From an uncultured virus (IMG/VR IMGVR_UViG_3300016486_001479) (Duplodnaviria > Heunggongvirae > Uroviricota > Caudoviricetes): a DNA stretch of 64,000 bases. Shown piece after piece: positions 1 through 10,502 of this stretch. The stretch is from IMG/VR virus record IMGVR_UViG_3300016486_001479. The stretch is one strand, 5' to 3'. Under the pieces are notes generated by a model, which was not told the DNA's origin, made no database searches, and saw nothing but the letters and a program-made list of their open reading frames with translations. Made by a program: the position numbers and the translations under genes. Each line of letters starts with the position of its first letter. Positions within the stretch are counted from its first letter, which is position 1.

Positions 1-500
1 GAGACTTTATCATTTACTGTAAATGAAATAGGGGCGGCACCAAGACTGCTTAGAAAATCCATGTCATCCTCGCCCATTACTAGTTTTAAATAATGAAATG
101 CTGTAGTAGATTTTATTTGACAAATCCCCAGAGCGCCTGCTGATGATTTCAATAAAGAGCCGCCATTCATATGTATTCCTCTAGATTCATATAAGAGTTG
201 AAAAAGAGAATACTCATACATTTGCTTAGTCTCATCTAAATGGAATGCTTCGATGGCATTTAAAATGTTTATTGCCGTGGTCTTTACAGCGTCTTTATTG
301 TAAACTAACAAGTTTGAGTAAATAGAGTCTTTTCGCTTGTCAAATCTAGCTTCTTCCATTGATAGAACTAGAGCCCCCAAAACAGACACGCTTGAGCTGT
401 GTTTAAAAAAATCGGCGTCAACTTCTCTAGGGTTGTTGAAGGCAAAAATTGTAAAACTTAACAAGGCAGTCAAAATAATGAATAAATGCTTTATCCTCAT
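1..500 (-). CDS. SLT-type lytic transglycosylase with N-terminal signal/anchor (partial, runs off window)
   Basis: Manual translation from ATG at 500: MRIKHLFIILTALLSFTIFA...QLLYESRG...KSSAGALGICQIKSTTA, matching the ES...SxAGAxGxxQ SLT motifs. Not in the ORF track because it is truncated. Confidence 0.75.
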   Translation of the reverse strand, partial: MRIKHLFIILTALLSFTIFAFNNPREVDADFFKHSSSVSVLGALVLSMEEARFDKRKDSIYSNLLVYNKDAVKTTAINILNAIEAFHLDETKQMYEYSLFQLLYESRGIHMNGGSLLKSSAGALGICQIKSTTAFHYLKLVMGEDDMDFLSSLGAAPISFTVNDKV

Positions 501-599
501 GTCAGTGTTGTTATTGTAGTTTTATAAAAGATACGTAAGAGTCAATCAAAGGTTTCCATTCTTAAATAATCACCTATTTACATCTAAAAGATACTGTTC

Positions 600-1034
600 A
601 TGAAAAGGTTACTGAAAACAATACGCGAGTCCTTGCAGCAGTTCATTGATGAAGAGCAGCTTGATGAAGAAAGAATTACAAATAAAGAAGCAGCAGATTT
701 TATAAATAGACAAGAGAATTTTGTTGGGTCACACACTTATGGGGAAGATTTAGGCGAGCTTGGGCAAATGTATGTAGCCTATTCTTATGGAGAACAACAC
801 CCTCTATACCTTCACGACAGTAGAACAGGCTTGTGGTACTACAACTATGAAGACTATTACCTTCCAGATGGGGAAATTAATATCTGGACTCGACGTCACT
901 TGAAAGATTTGCGTCCCAATGAACACGCGATAGGAAAGTCAAAAAATTTCATTGATTTAAAAATCAAAGTCTTTAAAAATAAAAACAACATTGGCGATAA
1001 CATACACACTGACCTTGAGCCAGGAGAAAAGTAA
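600..1034 (+). CDS. hypothetical phage protein with N-terminal IRExL..E motif
   Basis: 144-aa ORF preceded by CTATTTAC motif. Confidence 0.7.
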   Translation: MKRLLKTIRESLQQFIDEEQLDEERITNKEAADFINRQENFVGSHTYGEDLGELGQMYVAYSYGEQHPLYLHDSRTGLWYYNYEDYYLPDGEINIWTRRHLKDLRPNEHAIGKSKNFIDLKIKVFKNKNNIGDNIHTDLEPGEK

Positions 1035-1080
1035 TTATTATATCTTTGCTTTAAACTATAATTTTGTTACTTTGTAATAA

Positions 1081-2466
1081 ATGAAAAGACGATTACGAGC
1101 ATACCTAATTGCATTGACAGCCCTTTTTATGGCAGGATGCGCTGCGTTCTTCTCTGTAACAGGTGTGGGAAAACTCGCCTCTGGAGCAGGAACGGCAGCA
1201 ATACTTTTAGTAGCAGCGCTAGAGGTTGGGAAATTGGTTATAGCATCTTTTGTTCACAGGCGATGGAATGAAATTGGAATCTTGCAAAGAGCAGGAGCTA
1301 TATTTGGAATTATCGTAGCAATGGCCTTAACATCTATAGGTATATTTGGCCAACTAATTGGGGGCTATGCCGAGACGAGTGCTGAATTTCAAATAGGCAA
1401 TCAAGAGATTCAACTTAAAGAAAGAGAAAAAGAATCGCTTAAAGGAAAAATTGTTCGATTCGAAGACCAGATTAACAGAAAAGAAAATAGAGCTGACGGA
1501 CTTTCTAGCCTCAGAAAGCAGCAGGAGGACAGGATGGACTCACTTCAAAATAGACAAGCATGGAGAAGTGCACGTGAAGCAAAAAACCTTCTACAAGAAA
1601 CAAATACAGAGATATCTCTACTTAACTTCGACATTGACTCACTAAATAATGAGATTGGATTAGTGATAGAAAATATCGCAGTGGTCGACAGTTCCATCGT
1701 TGTAATGAGCGGGGAACTCTCTCAGGGTGAAGCAGCTCCGTTAAAGATGATTGCGGATATGCTTGGAGTGGAGATGGATACAGCAACAAAAGGATTTTTT
1801 GGGTTTTTTGTTTTAATATTTGACCCATTTGCTATCATGCTCGTACTTTTCTTTAACGTTGAAATGACGGTCGTTAGGAAAGAAGAAGAAGATTTAAAGA
1901 AGATTCCAACACCTGGACCAGCAACTGAGCCCGAACCTTTTCTAGAACCTGGACCAGCAACTGAGCCCGAACCTTTTCTAGAACCTGGACCAGCAACTGA
2001 GCCCGAACCTGCTTTAGGAACTAATAAGATTGTTTATAAAGAAACCGTTACAGGAGACTTCATTCCCAAAGCGGACGTTTTAAAGATAGAAGAGATAGCT
2101 GAAGAAAAGAAAGAGCCCGTATACACGGATATCCCAGAAGACTCACATTTGATTGTATTAGAAAACATAAATAATAATGTAGATGCGATTGATATTTCTT
2201 CTCTTGACGAAACGTCTCAAATGTACATGAGACTTTTGGGTGTTCTTTACATCCAAGGACAGGTTATACCAGGCGGGAATTTATACACGTTTAGTGATTT
2301 TACGATAGCTGTTGAGTCAATAGGCTTAGAGATGACTACAGAAGCAATTAAAGATTTTCTCAAAGTATGCGTGATGCTTAAAATTATAAACGTAGACAAG
2401 CATAATCGAAAAGCAATTATGAACTACCGTGATGCACGAGAAATGATTTCCAAGTTAAAAGACTGA
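1081..2466 (+). CDS. membrane protein with long coiled coil and Pro/Glu-rich repeat
   Basis: Three N-terminal hydrophobic segments, heptad-rich middle, further TM segment. Confidence 0.75.
   Translation: MKRRLRAYLIALTALFMAGCAAFFSVTGVGKLASGAGTAAILLVAALEVGKLVIASFVHRRWNEIGILQRAGAIFGIIVAMALTSIGIFGQLIGGYAETSAEFQIGNQEIQLKEREKESLKGKIVRFEDQINRKENRADGLSSLRKQQEDRMDSLQNRQAWRSAREAKNLLQETNTEISLLNFDIDSLNNEIGLVIENIAVVDSSIVVMSGELSQGEAAPLKMIADMLGVEMDTATKGFFGFFVLIFDPFAIMLVLFFNVEMTVVRKEEEDLKKIPTPGPATEPEPFLEPGPATEPEPFLEPGPATEPEPALGTNKIVYKETVTGDFIPKADVLKIEEIAEEKKEPVYTDIPEDSHLIVLENINNNVDAIDISSLDETSQMYMRLLGVLYIQGQVIPGGNLYTFSDFTIAVESIGLEMTTEAIKDFLKVCVMLKIINVDKHNRKAIMNYRDAREMISKLKD
1912..2010 (+). repeat. 36-bp in-frame tandem repeat (2.75 copies, PGPATEPEPFLE)
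   Basis: cctggaccagcaactgagcccgaaccttttctagaa unit starting at 1912, 1948 and 1984 (last partial). Confidence 0.95.
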
Positions 2467-2491
2467 AACCTTTTCTGAATTCTACCGTATA
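2465..2491 (+). promoter_or_regulatory. ECF-sigma-type promoter G(A/T)AAC-N16-CGTATA (representative of ~18 copies)
   Basis: Same bipartite motif at about 2465, 6047, 7428, 8419, 17857, 30568, 32503, 40653, 41900, 43410, 45645, 46226, 46832, 48072, 48145, 50016, 56275, 60176, upstream of + strand ORFs. Confidence 0.85.
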
Positions 2492-2518
2492 TTGGAGGCA
2501 CACTAAAAATGTCCCCTT

Positions 2519-2980
2519 ATGTGGTTTAGAGAAATTTGGAAAGAAGACGAGCTTATAACATTAGACGCACAAAAGAATTCTATTAGTGCAGAGCTCGAAA
2601 ATGCGCAGGAGTTTAGAATCGAACCCCACCACATCCAATTAGCATCAAGAATAGATATCACATTTGGAGCAGACTACGACGTTTGCTACGAAGGTATATT
2701 CTGTACAGACGATAAGCGTCCGTTCGGAAATAAACCGTGGGACCAAGATATTGCAATAGAAATGGGAGAGAAGACCCAGGAAGAGTTTTCAAAAATGGAT
2801 TTAGAGGAATACAAAGCCTGGTACAAGGAGAATTATTTCCGAATGTATCGAGTATTTCAAGAGACGAAGATTGTGATGCAAATCGCATTAACAAACATGG
2901 CGTCTCCAATCAGATTTGGGACCACATACAAGAGAGGGTTAAATAGTAAAGTTTGGTCGGAAGTGCGCGACCCGTCATAG
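2519..2980 (+). CDS. hypothetical protein
   Basis: 153-aa ORF downstream of promoter motif. Confidence 0.7.
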   Translation: MWFREIWKEDELITLDAQKNSISAELENAQEFRIEPHHIQLASRIDITFGADYDVCYEGIFCTDDKRPFGNKPWDQDIAIEMGEKTQEEFSKMDLEEYKAWYKENYFRMYRVFQETKIVMQIALTNMASPIRFGTTYKRGLNSKVWSEVRDPS

Positions 2981-2997
2981 ATACAGAGTAGAGACTT

Positions 2998-3435
2998 ATG
3001 GAAATAGATGATGCAGAATTAAAGAGTGCATGCGAACATTTGGGGGCGGACTTTGAAATACTTCGAGGAAAGAAGTGTCCTTACTGCAAAGGCGAAACAA
3101 AATACGTGGATTCATCCCTTGTGTATGGTCGTAGTTATGGGATGATGTATTTATGCGAGCCCTGTGATGCTTATGTTGGGGTTCACCATAAGACCTCAAA
3201 GGAGAGCTTAGGCAGTGTTGCCAAAGGAGAGCTTCGCAACTGGAGGAAGCAAGCCCACGCGGCTTTCGACCCCATTGCTTACGAGAGGAGAAAGAACTGG
3301 AACAGAAGAGAAGCCTACAGTTGGCTTAGAAAGAAAATGGGAATCCCCAAAGCATTGTGTCACATAGGCATGTTTTCTGTAAATAGATGCAAGAAGGTAA
3401 TAGAAATTTGTAAAAAAACACCTTGGAATGAATAA
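2998..3435 (+). CDS. zinc-finger protein (DUF3268-like)
   Basis: CPYC...YLCEPCDAYVGVH...LR..R..AH..FD...CHIGMF pattern. Confidence 0.75.
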   Translation: MEIDDAELKSACEHLGADFEILRGKKCPYCKGETKYVDSSLVYGRSYGMMYLCEPCDAYVGVHHKTSKESLGSVAKGELRNWRKQAHAAFDPIAYERRKNWNRREAYSWLRKKMGIPKALCHIGMFSVNRCKKVIEICKKTPWNE

Positions 3436-3775
3436 AATAATGGAGCTATGGGAGAAGTCAGGACTACTTAACCATCTCAATGATTCGAAAAAAGTAGCAT
3501 GCACAAGCAAGATGGAGGCGATGAAGAATTTTCTTCTATCTCCAGGCTATGAAAAAAAGATTAAACAGGTGAAGTCGATAACAGTTAATCCTGCAATGGT
3601 GATGTTCCCAATCGTGCGACGGTTGTTCGACAAGGGCCAAGAGTTTGATTCAGCAAACCTGGTCAAAAACTTTCTTGATTTTTGCGAAGAAAACCAGTTC
3701 AAAGCAAAATAACGCAGCAGCGGAAGACCCAGAGCTTGAACTCACTTTTGATTTCTGCGATGAATACGCAGTATG
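3428..3775 (+). CDS. hypothetical protein (probable frameshift near 3706; alternative frame continues to ~3775)
   Basis: ORF 3428-3712; another frame reads NNAAAEDPELELTFDFCDEYAV* up to the mscL start. Confidence 0.5.
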
Positions 3776-4222
3776 ATGCCCCCAGTTAAAAAGTTTGTAT
3801 CCGAATTTAAAAAGTTTGCTCTCAAAGCGAACTTCGTAGACATGGTCGTGGGAATCATAGTCGGAATGAAATTCAGTGTCTTAATTAATTCTTTAGTCAA
3901 AGACATTATAATGCCTCCTTTCTCTTTGTTTACATCTTATGCAAATTTTGCTGATATGCAATTAACATTAAGGAATGAAACGAAACTAAATGGAGACGTC
4001 ATAAAAGAAGCGGTGTCGATAAATTATGGACAGTTTATAGAGGTTGCAATTGACTTTTTAATTGTAGCTTTGGTAATGTATTTTGTAGTAAAAGGATATA
4101 ACCTATATAAGGCTCGCCGAGAGGACCCAGACGACAAGACTGAGGAGACTCCAAAAGATATAGAATTACTCAAATCCATCGATGATGGTTTAAAGGAGCT
4201 CAACAATAACCTTACTAAATGA
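3773..4222 (+). CDS. mscL: large-conductance mechanosensitive channel
   Basis: EFKKFALKANFVDMVVGIIVG...SLVKDIIMPP...INYGQFI...IDFLIVA. Confidence 0.92.
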   Translation: MMPPVKKFVSEFKKFALKANFVDMVVGIIVGMKFSVLINSLVKDIIMPPFSLFTSYANFADMQLTLRNETKLNGDVIKEAVSINYGQFIEVAIDFLIVALVMYFVVKGYNLYKARREDPDDKTEETPKDIELLKSIDDGLKELNNNLTK

Positions 4223-5301
4223 CGAAAATAAAACTCCAAAAGAAATTTTTAAAAGAATACCTGAACACATGCTCGCCTAGTGGGTTTGAAGTTCAGATGG
4301 GTGGACAGCAAGTGTGGGTAAAACACATTTCAGATTACGTGGATAATGTTTACCTGGACACATATGGAAGCGCCATAGCCGAAATGGGAGATATGGATTC
4401 CGATTACACAGTAATGATTGAGGCCCATGCTGACGAGATTGCTTGGTATGTTCAACAAGTTGACAGCCGAGGTTATCTTAAAGTGATTCGCAACGGAGGA
4501 AGCGATACTCAAATAGCCCCATCTATGCGAGTAGATGTATGGGGAACCAAAGGAAAAATTCAAGGAGTGTTCGGTCATCCAGCAATTCATGTAAAAGGGC
4601 GAGCGAAAGAATCGACATTGGAAAGCATCTTTGTGGACATCGGAGCAAAAAATAAGAAGGATGCCGAGAAAATGGGAATCGAAGTAGGAACCATCATCAC
4701 ATTCCAAGCGGACTTCATGAGGCTCGGAAAAGATTACTTCACCGCAAAAGCTCTCGACAACAAGATTGGCGGATTTGCAATAGCGGAAGTCGCAAGACTC
4801 TTGAAGGAGAACAATGTGGAATTACCATTTAAGCTTTGTGTGGTGAACGCCGTACAAGAGGAGATTGGTTTGCGTGGAGCAGGTATGGTTGCGAAGCGAA
4901 TAGAGCCCGATGTGGCGTTCGTAGTGGATGTTTGTCACGAAACCACGTCACCAGCATACAACTCGTCAAAACAAGGCTTGTTTGAGGCTGGGCAAGGCGG
5001 TGTGTTGACTATCGCTCCAGCGGTTCAAAATAATCTTCTTAAAATGGTTCGAGAGGTTTGTGACAGCAACGCCATCCCGTATCAGTTAGCAGCGTCTTCT
5101 AACCACACTGGAACAGATACAGACGCAATTGCTTATGCTGGTGAAGGAACAGCATCTGTTCTAATGTCTTTCCCGCTAAAATACATGCACACAACAGTTG
5201 AGACTGTACATAAAGAAGATGTAAAAAGTGTTATCGCATCAATGTACGAGTTTTTAATTCAATTGAAAGCGGGCCACGACTTCAAATACAAGATGTCATA
5301 A
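4219..5301 (+). CDS. M42 family metallopeptidase
   Basis: SPSGFE, AHADEI, KALDNKIG, VQEEIGLRGA, GTDTDA, PLKYMHT motifs. Confidence 0.92.
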   Translation: MTKIKLQKKFLKEYLNTCSPSGFEVQMGGQQVWVKHISDYVDNVYLDTYGSAIAEMGDMDSDYTVMIEAHADEIAWYVQQVDSRGYLKVIRNGGSDTQIAPSMRVDVWGTKGKIQGVFGHPAIHVKGRAKESTLESIFVDIGAKNKKDAEKMGIEVGTIITFQADFMRLGKDYFTAKALDNKIGGFAIAEVARLLKENNVELPFKLCVVNAVQEEIGLRGAGMVAKRIEPDVAFVVDVCHETTSPAYNSSKQGLFEAGQGGVLTIAPAVQNNLLKMVREVCDSNAIPYQLAASSNHTGTDTDAIAYAGEGTASVLMSFPLKYMHTTVETVHKEDVKSVIASMYEFLIQLKAGHDFKYKMS

Positions 5302-5735
5302 TGGGAGATATAGAAAAATGTTTGACAGTTCAAATTTTCGGAGACACCGAGATTTCTGACTTAGATTTCGAAACCAGAGAGTCTCTCCCTGGCTGGAATG
5401 AGCCAGGCGCAGATTGCGTTTACTGTAAGCGTGAGATTCGCCTTGATAAAGATGGTGAGATTCTCAATAGATACCTAACTGCAGGAGGGGCGTGGGTCTC
5501 TATTGAACAAATAGAAAAGCTTCTTGCTGACTTTAAATCCAAAGGAGCAACCCACGTAAAAATTGAACATCATTCCGACCACAGTGGGTATATGTTTGAC
5601 TATGGAGTGCTCCGATTATCTACTCAAGAGGATATTGCCACGGCAGATTTGCATGAAGAGAAGCATCAGCTTTCACGAAACGAATCCAGGATTAAACAAT
5701 TAGAAAACGAATTGGCCATTCTAAAAGGAAAATAA
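5301..5735 (+). CDS. hypothetical protein
   Basis: ORF coupled to upstream stop. Confidence 0.65.
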   Translation: MGDIEKCLTVQIFGDTEISDLDFETRESLPGWNEPGADCVYCKREIRLDKDGEILNRYLTAGGAWVSIEQIEKLLADFKSKGATHVKIEHHSDHSGYMFDYGVLRLSTQEDIATADLHEEKHQLSRNESRIKQLENELAILKGK

Positions 5736-5739
5736 GGAT

Positions 5740-6048
5740 ATGGGATTCAAAGTATACAAACGTCCGTGCAAAAACTGCTTGCTCACAAAAAACAGAATTG
5801 TCTCTCCAGAACGAGCTAGTGAAATCATTCAAACATGTGTAAAAGAGCAAACGTATTTCACTTGCCATAAAGACATGACAGGGGAAGGAAAAGAAGGGGT
5901 TTGTTGCAAAAAGTTCTACGATGACCTAGGGCACGTGAGTCAGATGATTAGAATTTCAGAACGTCTTAATATGATTGAGATGGTGGACCAGCCAGATACA
6001 GAAAGGCTAATAACATGGGAAGAGATGGACGCTAACAAGAAAAGGTGA
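5740..6048 (+). CDS. Cys-rich hypothetical protein
   Basis: PCKNC...FTCHK...VCC pattern. Confidence 0.65.
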   Translation: MGFKVYKRPCKNCLLTKNRIVSPERASEIIQTCVKEQTYFTCHKDMTGEGKEGVCCKKFYDDLGHVSQMIRISERLNMIEMVDQPDTERLITWEEMDANKKR

Positions 6049-6092
6049 AACTTTTTAAGCTGAGGCTCGTATATTGATAATAAATCAGTCTT

Positions 6093-6875
6093 ATGAGTTT
6101 ATACAAAAAGTTTCAAAAGCGCATAGAAGATGAAATGAACCATCATTCAGATGCGCATGCGCATGACATAATTGGTGTGTGGGGCACATTCATGAAAATG
6201 ATGGGTGAGGCCAATTTCAATAAGATGCTCTCCTGTTACATGAAACCAGAACCAGGGCACTGGGAAAACTCAGAAGACGCATTTCAAGGCTTCCACAAAG
6301 GATTGCGCCAAGGAGATATTTTTAGCTGTTTTGTACGAACTAAAGAAGTTCCAGTTCCAGATGTGGAAGGGAAAAAGAAAGGAAGAACAAGAGCAGTCAT
6401 TGACGAGCATATTGACGGCCACATCGAAAGCTTAATTTGGACAATGATTCACTTGGACCAAAACGACTCATTTCAAAAAACCTTTAGGCTCTACTGGGAC
6501 CTGCATCAACAAGAAGTTCCAATAGTGGACTTTGTTTTTGAGAGAAAATCAGATAAAGATTGGGATGATAACTTCAACGGGTTAGTTGGAGTTAGGATTG
6601 AAGGCCAGGAGGAATTCTTGAGCAAAAAGCAGTTCGACGAGCTGTTCCCTAAGCTAGACACCATCTCGCTCAAGATTGAGCATGGAATCAAAAAATACAA
6701 ATGGAACACTGGTCAAGAGGTGAAGCCTAAAGATGCAACCAACTATGCTGCGTTTGACTACCCACTTTACGAAGGAAGCAGAGACATAGGAGACATTATC
6801 TCTTGGGAATCGACAACCAACACCCCATTTAAATTCATTCAAACTATTGTTCTCCCTAAACCTCAGAAAGCATAA
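6093..6875 (+). CDS. hypothetical protein
   Basis: 260-aa ORF after promoter motif. Confidence 0.7.
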   Translation: MSLYKKFQKRIEDEMNHHSDAHAHDIIGVWGTFMKMMGEANFNKMLSCYMKPEPGHWENSEDAFQGFHKGLRQGDIFSCFVRTKEVPVPDVEGKKKGRTRAVIDEHIDGHIESLIWTMIHLDQNDSFQKTFRLYWDLHQQEVPIVDFVFERKSDKDWDDNFNGLVGVRIEGQEEFLSKKQFDELFPKLDTISLKIEHGIKKYKWNTGQEVKPKDATNYAAFDYPLYEGSRDIGDIISWESTTNTPFKFIQTIVLPKPQKA

Positions 6876-7426
6876 TGCGGATATTTTCAACAAAATGGTG
6901 GCGCGATAGGGCCCTGAAGAAAGTTCGCCCAGAGCGAAGCAAGTTGTTTTCCGATGGCTCCGTTATAAGAGCAACAAGAGGAGCGCCAAACAAAACTAAG
7001 AAGACCTGGATTCTAATCGTGGATAGAGTCGATAAGGACCAGTTGAGACTGTTAACGGATTACGGAATAATCTGGTACAGAGTAGACGGAACGAGAGTAG
7101 TAGACCTCCCAGAAGGTGTAAAGACTGCTTGGAATTACATGTCTAACAATGACGTAAACGATTACGACCGAGAAAAGATTGTAGCAGAGCAACTTCAAGA
7201 AGCCAAAGGAGCCAACGGCTCAGACGTTTTGGAATTCGATATGTTTTGTATATTCCTTCCCGAACACCCTAAGTCTATCTATGCAGGATTTGCCTTAGAG
7301 GATGATTGCATGGGATTCCTAACGAAAATCAACATCACACGCCAGGCCCAGGATGAAAAATTAGCCTACTGGAAAAATCAGAAAGTGAGATATTTATTCA
7401 CCACAGAGCATATCACAGAAGCCTAA
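6875..7426 (+). CDS. hypothetical protein
   Basis: 183-aa coupled ORF. Confidence 0.65.
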   Translation: MRIFSTKWWRDRALKKVRPERSKLFSDGSVIRATRGAPNKTKKTWILIVDRVDKDQLRLLTDYGIIWYRVDGTRVVDLPEGVKTAWNYMSNNDVNDYDREKIVAEQLQEAKGANGSDVLEFDMFCIFLPEHPKSIYAGFALEDDCMGFLTKINITRQAQDEKLAYWKNQKVRYLFTTEHITEA

Positions 7427-7456
7427 TGTAACCTTTTTAAATTCTCACCGTATACT

Positions 7457-8422
7457 GTGAATGAGCACTATATAAATATAATCATGGAAGAACAAGACTT
7501 AGCAGACCAATTAAAACCACAGTTGACGCCGTCTACCAAAGTGATAGACATTCCTTTACAAGTTTTTCTCACAGAACACAATCTTCTTAATGATTTATTT
7601 TCGTTTGATGGAGGAATCGTTAAAGAGCAAGTGTATTTTGTAACTGGCTCCTCAGGGGCAGGCAAAACCACACTATTTACTCAACTACAATGTGAGCTTA
7701 AAAGCATGAAGTCCGCACAATATCAAAGAGAGTCTAGCGCAGGTAAAGTGCGCTCTCGTAATCAAAACATGGACTTCCATGCTAATGCTCATTTGGACGA
7801 CGAGAGAAGCATTCCTACGCTTGTCTCTTTTTTGGAATTGACAAAAGAAAACAAAACAGAGTTCATCATTGTGGACTCACTTCAAACTGCTGCATCTGAT
7901 ATTCCAGGCGGAAAATTAGAGCGCGAAGTAGAGGCGGTTCGTATGCTTCTTAAATGGGCGAAAGAAACTGGGGGAACAGTGTTCGTTATTGGCATGGTAA
8001 CCAAGGAAGAGGATTTTGCAGGTTCTCAAGAAGCAATGCAATTGGTTGATGCTCACTTGCACTTGACTTTCGATAAGAAAGCAAACGAACGCTACTTAGA
8101 ATTCCAGCAAAAAAACCGAGATGGAGAGGTTTATAAGCGATTATACTACTCGTTCCGTGAAGACAGAAAAGGTGTCCAGTTTTGGTCACCCTCAGAATGG
8201 ATGGTGCACAAACGAGGATATACTTTGGCTGATATGATTCAATCTGCAATGCAAGGCTACATTGATGCGTGGAGGAATCATGACAATTACGAGGATTTCA
8301 AGGCTGAAATGACTATTAGTCAAAACAAGCTAGTGAAAGAAGGGTTTGATAGCCAAGTTGAATACCAGTGTGGTTTGCTTATGATTTGTCAATCTTCAAT
8401 GGAGACTCATTTTGGAATGTAA
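7457..8422 (+). CDS. RadA/Sms-like RecA-fold ATPase
   Basis: Walker A GSSGAGKTT, IIVDSLQT, IGMVTKEEDFAGS, KNR motif. Confidence 0.8.
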   Translation: MNEHYINIIMEEQDLADQLKPQLTPSTKVIDIPLQVFLTEHNLLNDLFSFDGGIVKEQVYFVTGSSGAGKTTLFTQLQCELKSMKSAQYQRESSAGKVRSRNQNMDFHANAHLDDERSIPTLVSFLELTKENKTEFIIVDSLQTAASDIPGGKLEREVEAVRMLLKWAKETGGTVFVIGMVTKEEDFAGSQEAMQLVDAHLHLTFDKKANERYLEFQQKNRDGEVYKRLYYSFREDRKGVQFWSPSEWMVHKRGYTLADMIQSAMQGYIDAWRNHDNYEDFKAEMTISQNKLVKEGFDSQVEYQCGLLMICQSSMETHFGM

Positions 8423-8467
8423 CTTAATTCAATTTCTTGCGTATATTGAGCATTAAAAACAATAGCA

Positions 8468-9082
8468 ATGGGATGTGATATTCACATGTTTTCAGAGCGC
8501 AAGCCACAACGGCCAGCAATGGATGAAGACAAAGAAGTTTGGGAAAATTGTGACCTGTTCACGATGAATAAATACTTCGAGAGAGATAACGAAGAAGGTG
8601 AAAGCCAGTTTAATGTTGTCGAGGTCTGCGGAGGAAGGAATTACGATTTGTTCGGAGTCTTGGCCAACGTCAGAAACGAAAGGGATAATAATTTTATATG
8701 CGAACCCAAAGGCATTCCTAGCGATTGTTGTGCGTACATCATGGAACAACAAGAGTATTGGGGCGGTGATGGTCATTCGCATTCCTGGTTAACTTTGGCA
8801 GAGCTAAAAGAATACAGAAAAAACCAGAAAGAGACTAAATACTCTGGGTTTATGTCGCCAGACGATGCAGCACGAGTAGATGCGGGAGAAATGCCTAAAT
8901 TTTGGTGGCACGGTGGAAACGCACCAAGCCAAATTTTTAGAAAGTGGGAATCTCAAAGAGATACTCTCAAAGGCCTGATTGAGGCGATGGAGCAAAGAAA
9001 AGAAGAAGTTTTTAGATACGATAATAGGTCAAATGAAAAAAAAGATTTGGAGTACCGAATTGTTTTCTGGTTTGACAACTAA
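8468..9082 (+). CDS. conserved phage protein (MGCDIH...RIVFWFDN type)
   Basis: MGCDIH, RNYDLFGVLANVRN, HSHSWLTLAEL, RIVFWFDN. Confidence 0.75.
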   Translation: MGCDIHMFSERKPQRPAMDEDKEVWENCDLFTMNKYFERDNEEGESQFNVVEVCGGRNYDLFGVLANVRNERDNNFICEPKGIPSDCCAYIMEQQEYWGGDGHSHSWLTLAELKEYRKNQKETKYSGFMSPDDAARVDAGEMPKFWWHGGNAPSQIFRKWESQRDTLKGLIEAMEQRKEEVFRYDNRSNEKKDLEYRIVFWFDN

Positions 9083-9093
9083 CATAAGCGAAC

Positions 9094-9720
9094 ATGAGTC
9101 AGTTTAAAAAAGGAATATTCGACCTCACACCAGAGCAAGAATCAATGTCAAAGATGTTTTACAATGGTAAAATAATCAAATTCATCATCGTCCCATACTC
9201 TTCTTACAACGACCTAGAGAAGATGATTCCCATCACCAAGACGACATTCTTATTTCCAGAGAGAGAAATGAATATGGAACAAATCAGAGGATTTGTATCT
9301 ATGATTGTGGCTCAAGATACTCAAGAGGAAACAATCGTGTTCACTAAGGAACAGTCGATTATCTTAGATATGATTGACGGCTGTGTGAGAGTCATGGACT
9401 ACAAAGGGGAGCTTCACGATTGCCCTTGTAAGACAATGATGGCCAACATCCACACTATTCAGTATGACATTCTCCGAAACAAAGAGTTTGCTCCACCAGA
9501 AGGTTTTCGTGATTTAATGAGAGACGCCATCAACGTCCTAATTAAATCTGTCAATGACAAAAAGGAAGCTAAGGACCAATTTGAGATTGGTGAGTATAAC
9601 TCACTCCAAATGAAGATTGAAAACATCGGGGAGCAGCTAATTAGAGTCAAACTCTTGGAAATGTTGAAAGACGTTGGATATAAAGGGCAGACTACTCAAA
9701 ACAAGATTGACTTTATCTAA
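9094..9720 (+). CDS. hypothetical protein
   Basis: 208-aa ORF. Confidence 0.65.
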   Translation: MSQFKKGIFDLTPEQESMSKMFYNGKIIKFIIVPYSSYNDLEKMIPITKTTFLFPEREMNMEQIRGFVSMIVAQDTQEETIVFTKEQSIILDMIDGCVRVMDYKGELHDCPCKTMMANIHTIQYDILRNKEFAPPEGFRDLMRDAINVLIKSVNDKKEAKDQFEIGEYNSLQMKIENIGEQLIRVKLLEMLKDVGYKGQTTQNKIDFI

Positions 9721-9783
9721 GCTGAAATAGACAGGCTAGAGGCGACTAAATAGAGGCGACTAAATAGGTTTTCGTGCCTATTT

Positions 9784-10185
9784 ATGGGAAACCAAATAGG
9801 CGTGAAATTAATCCGTTCCATAGTAAGAAGTGCTCTTTTTGAGAAATACGCAATTCATGAAAATGATGGGCAAGCCCATGTGTATGCGACAAACGACAAG
9901 GGTAAGTTTCCTTATGAAGGAAGGGAGGCGACACAGGTTCCTCAAGACGTAGACCCCGTAGCAGATTATCTGTGGGACTATGCTCAACTAGCTGACAATA
10001 AAGAGATTTATGAATTTCCAACAACGGAATTCAATCTCGGATTGAAAATCGAAAAACAGAGAAACCCAGAATTTAACATCTTAGAAGTGGCCGACAAGGT
10101 GATTTCACAACTGAAAGGCAACCCTCAATTCTATTCTGAATTAAGGGAGAAATACCGCTTTGGCACAAAGCCAGTTCAGTGGTGA
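9784..10185 (+). CDS. hypothetical protein with KLIRSIVRSALFE N-terminal motif
   Basis: ORF with CTATTTAT motif at its start. Confidence 0.65.
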   Translation: MGNQIGVKLIRSIVRSALFEKYAIHENDGQAHVYATNDKGKFPYEGREATQVPQDVDPVADYLWDYAQLADNKEIYEFPTTEFNLGLKIEKQRNPEFNILEVADKVISQLKGNPQFYSELREKYRFGTKPVQW

Positions 10186-10502
10186 TAACTTTTAAAAAGG
10201 TGGTTATGAAAATTATAACACGTAGTGTAAAGAAGATTGTTTTTGAAGCAACTGCAGACGAGCTAAGAAGAAGAGGTTTCGATTCTTTGTGGGATGAAAT
10301 TCGAAAGAACTATCCTGAAAAAAAATTTGACCTTCATACAATTGAAGAAGAAGACAGCATTTATTTTGAATTAAAGCCGTCACTGGTGGTATAGTGAACT
10401 ACCCACAAACGTAAAAACGATTTGTGGGCATCATGAATAAATTTGAATTTGTCCCATTTTATGTCTATTGTTGTACTACAATATAACAATAGACATAAAA
10501 AA

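Noticed and set aside
1912..2010. 36-bp repeat as a mini-CRISPR
   Set aside because: No spacers; it is an in-frame coding tandem repeat
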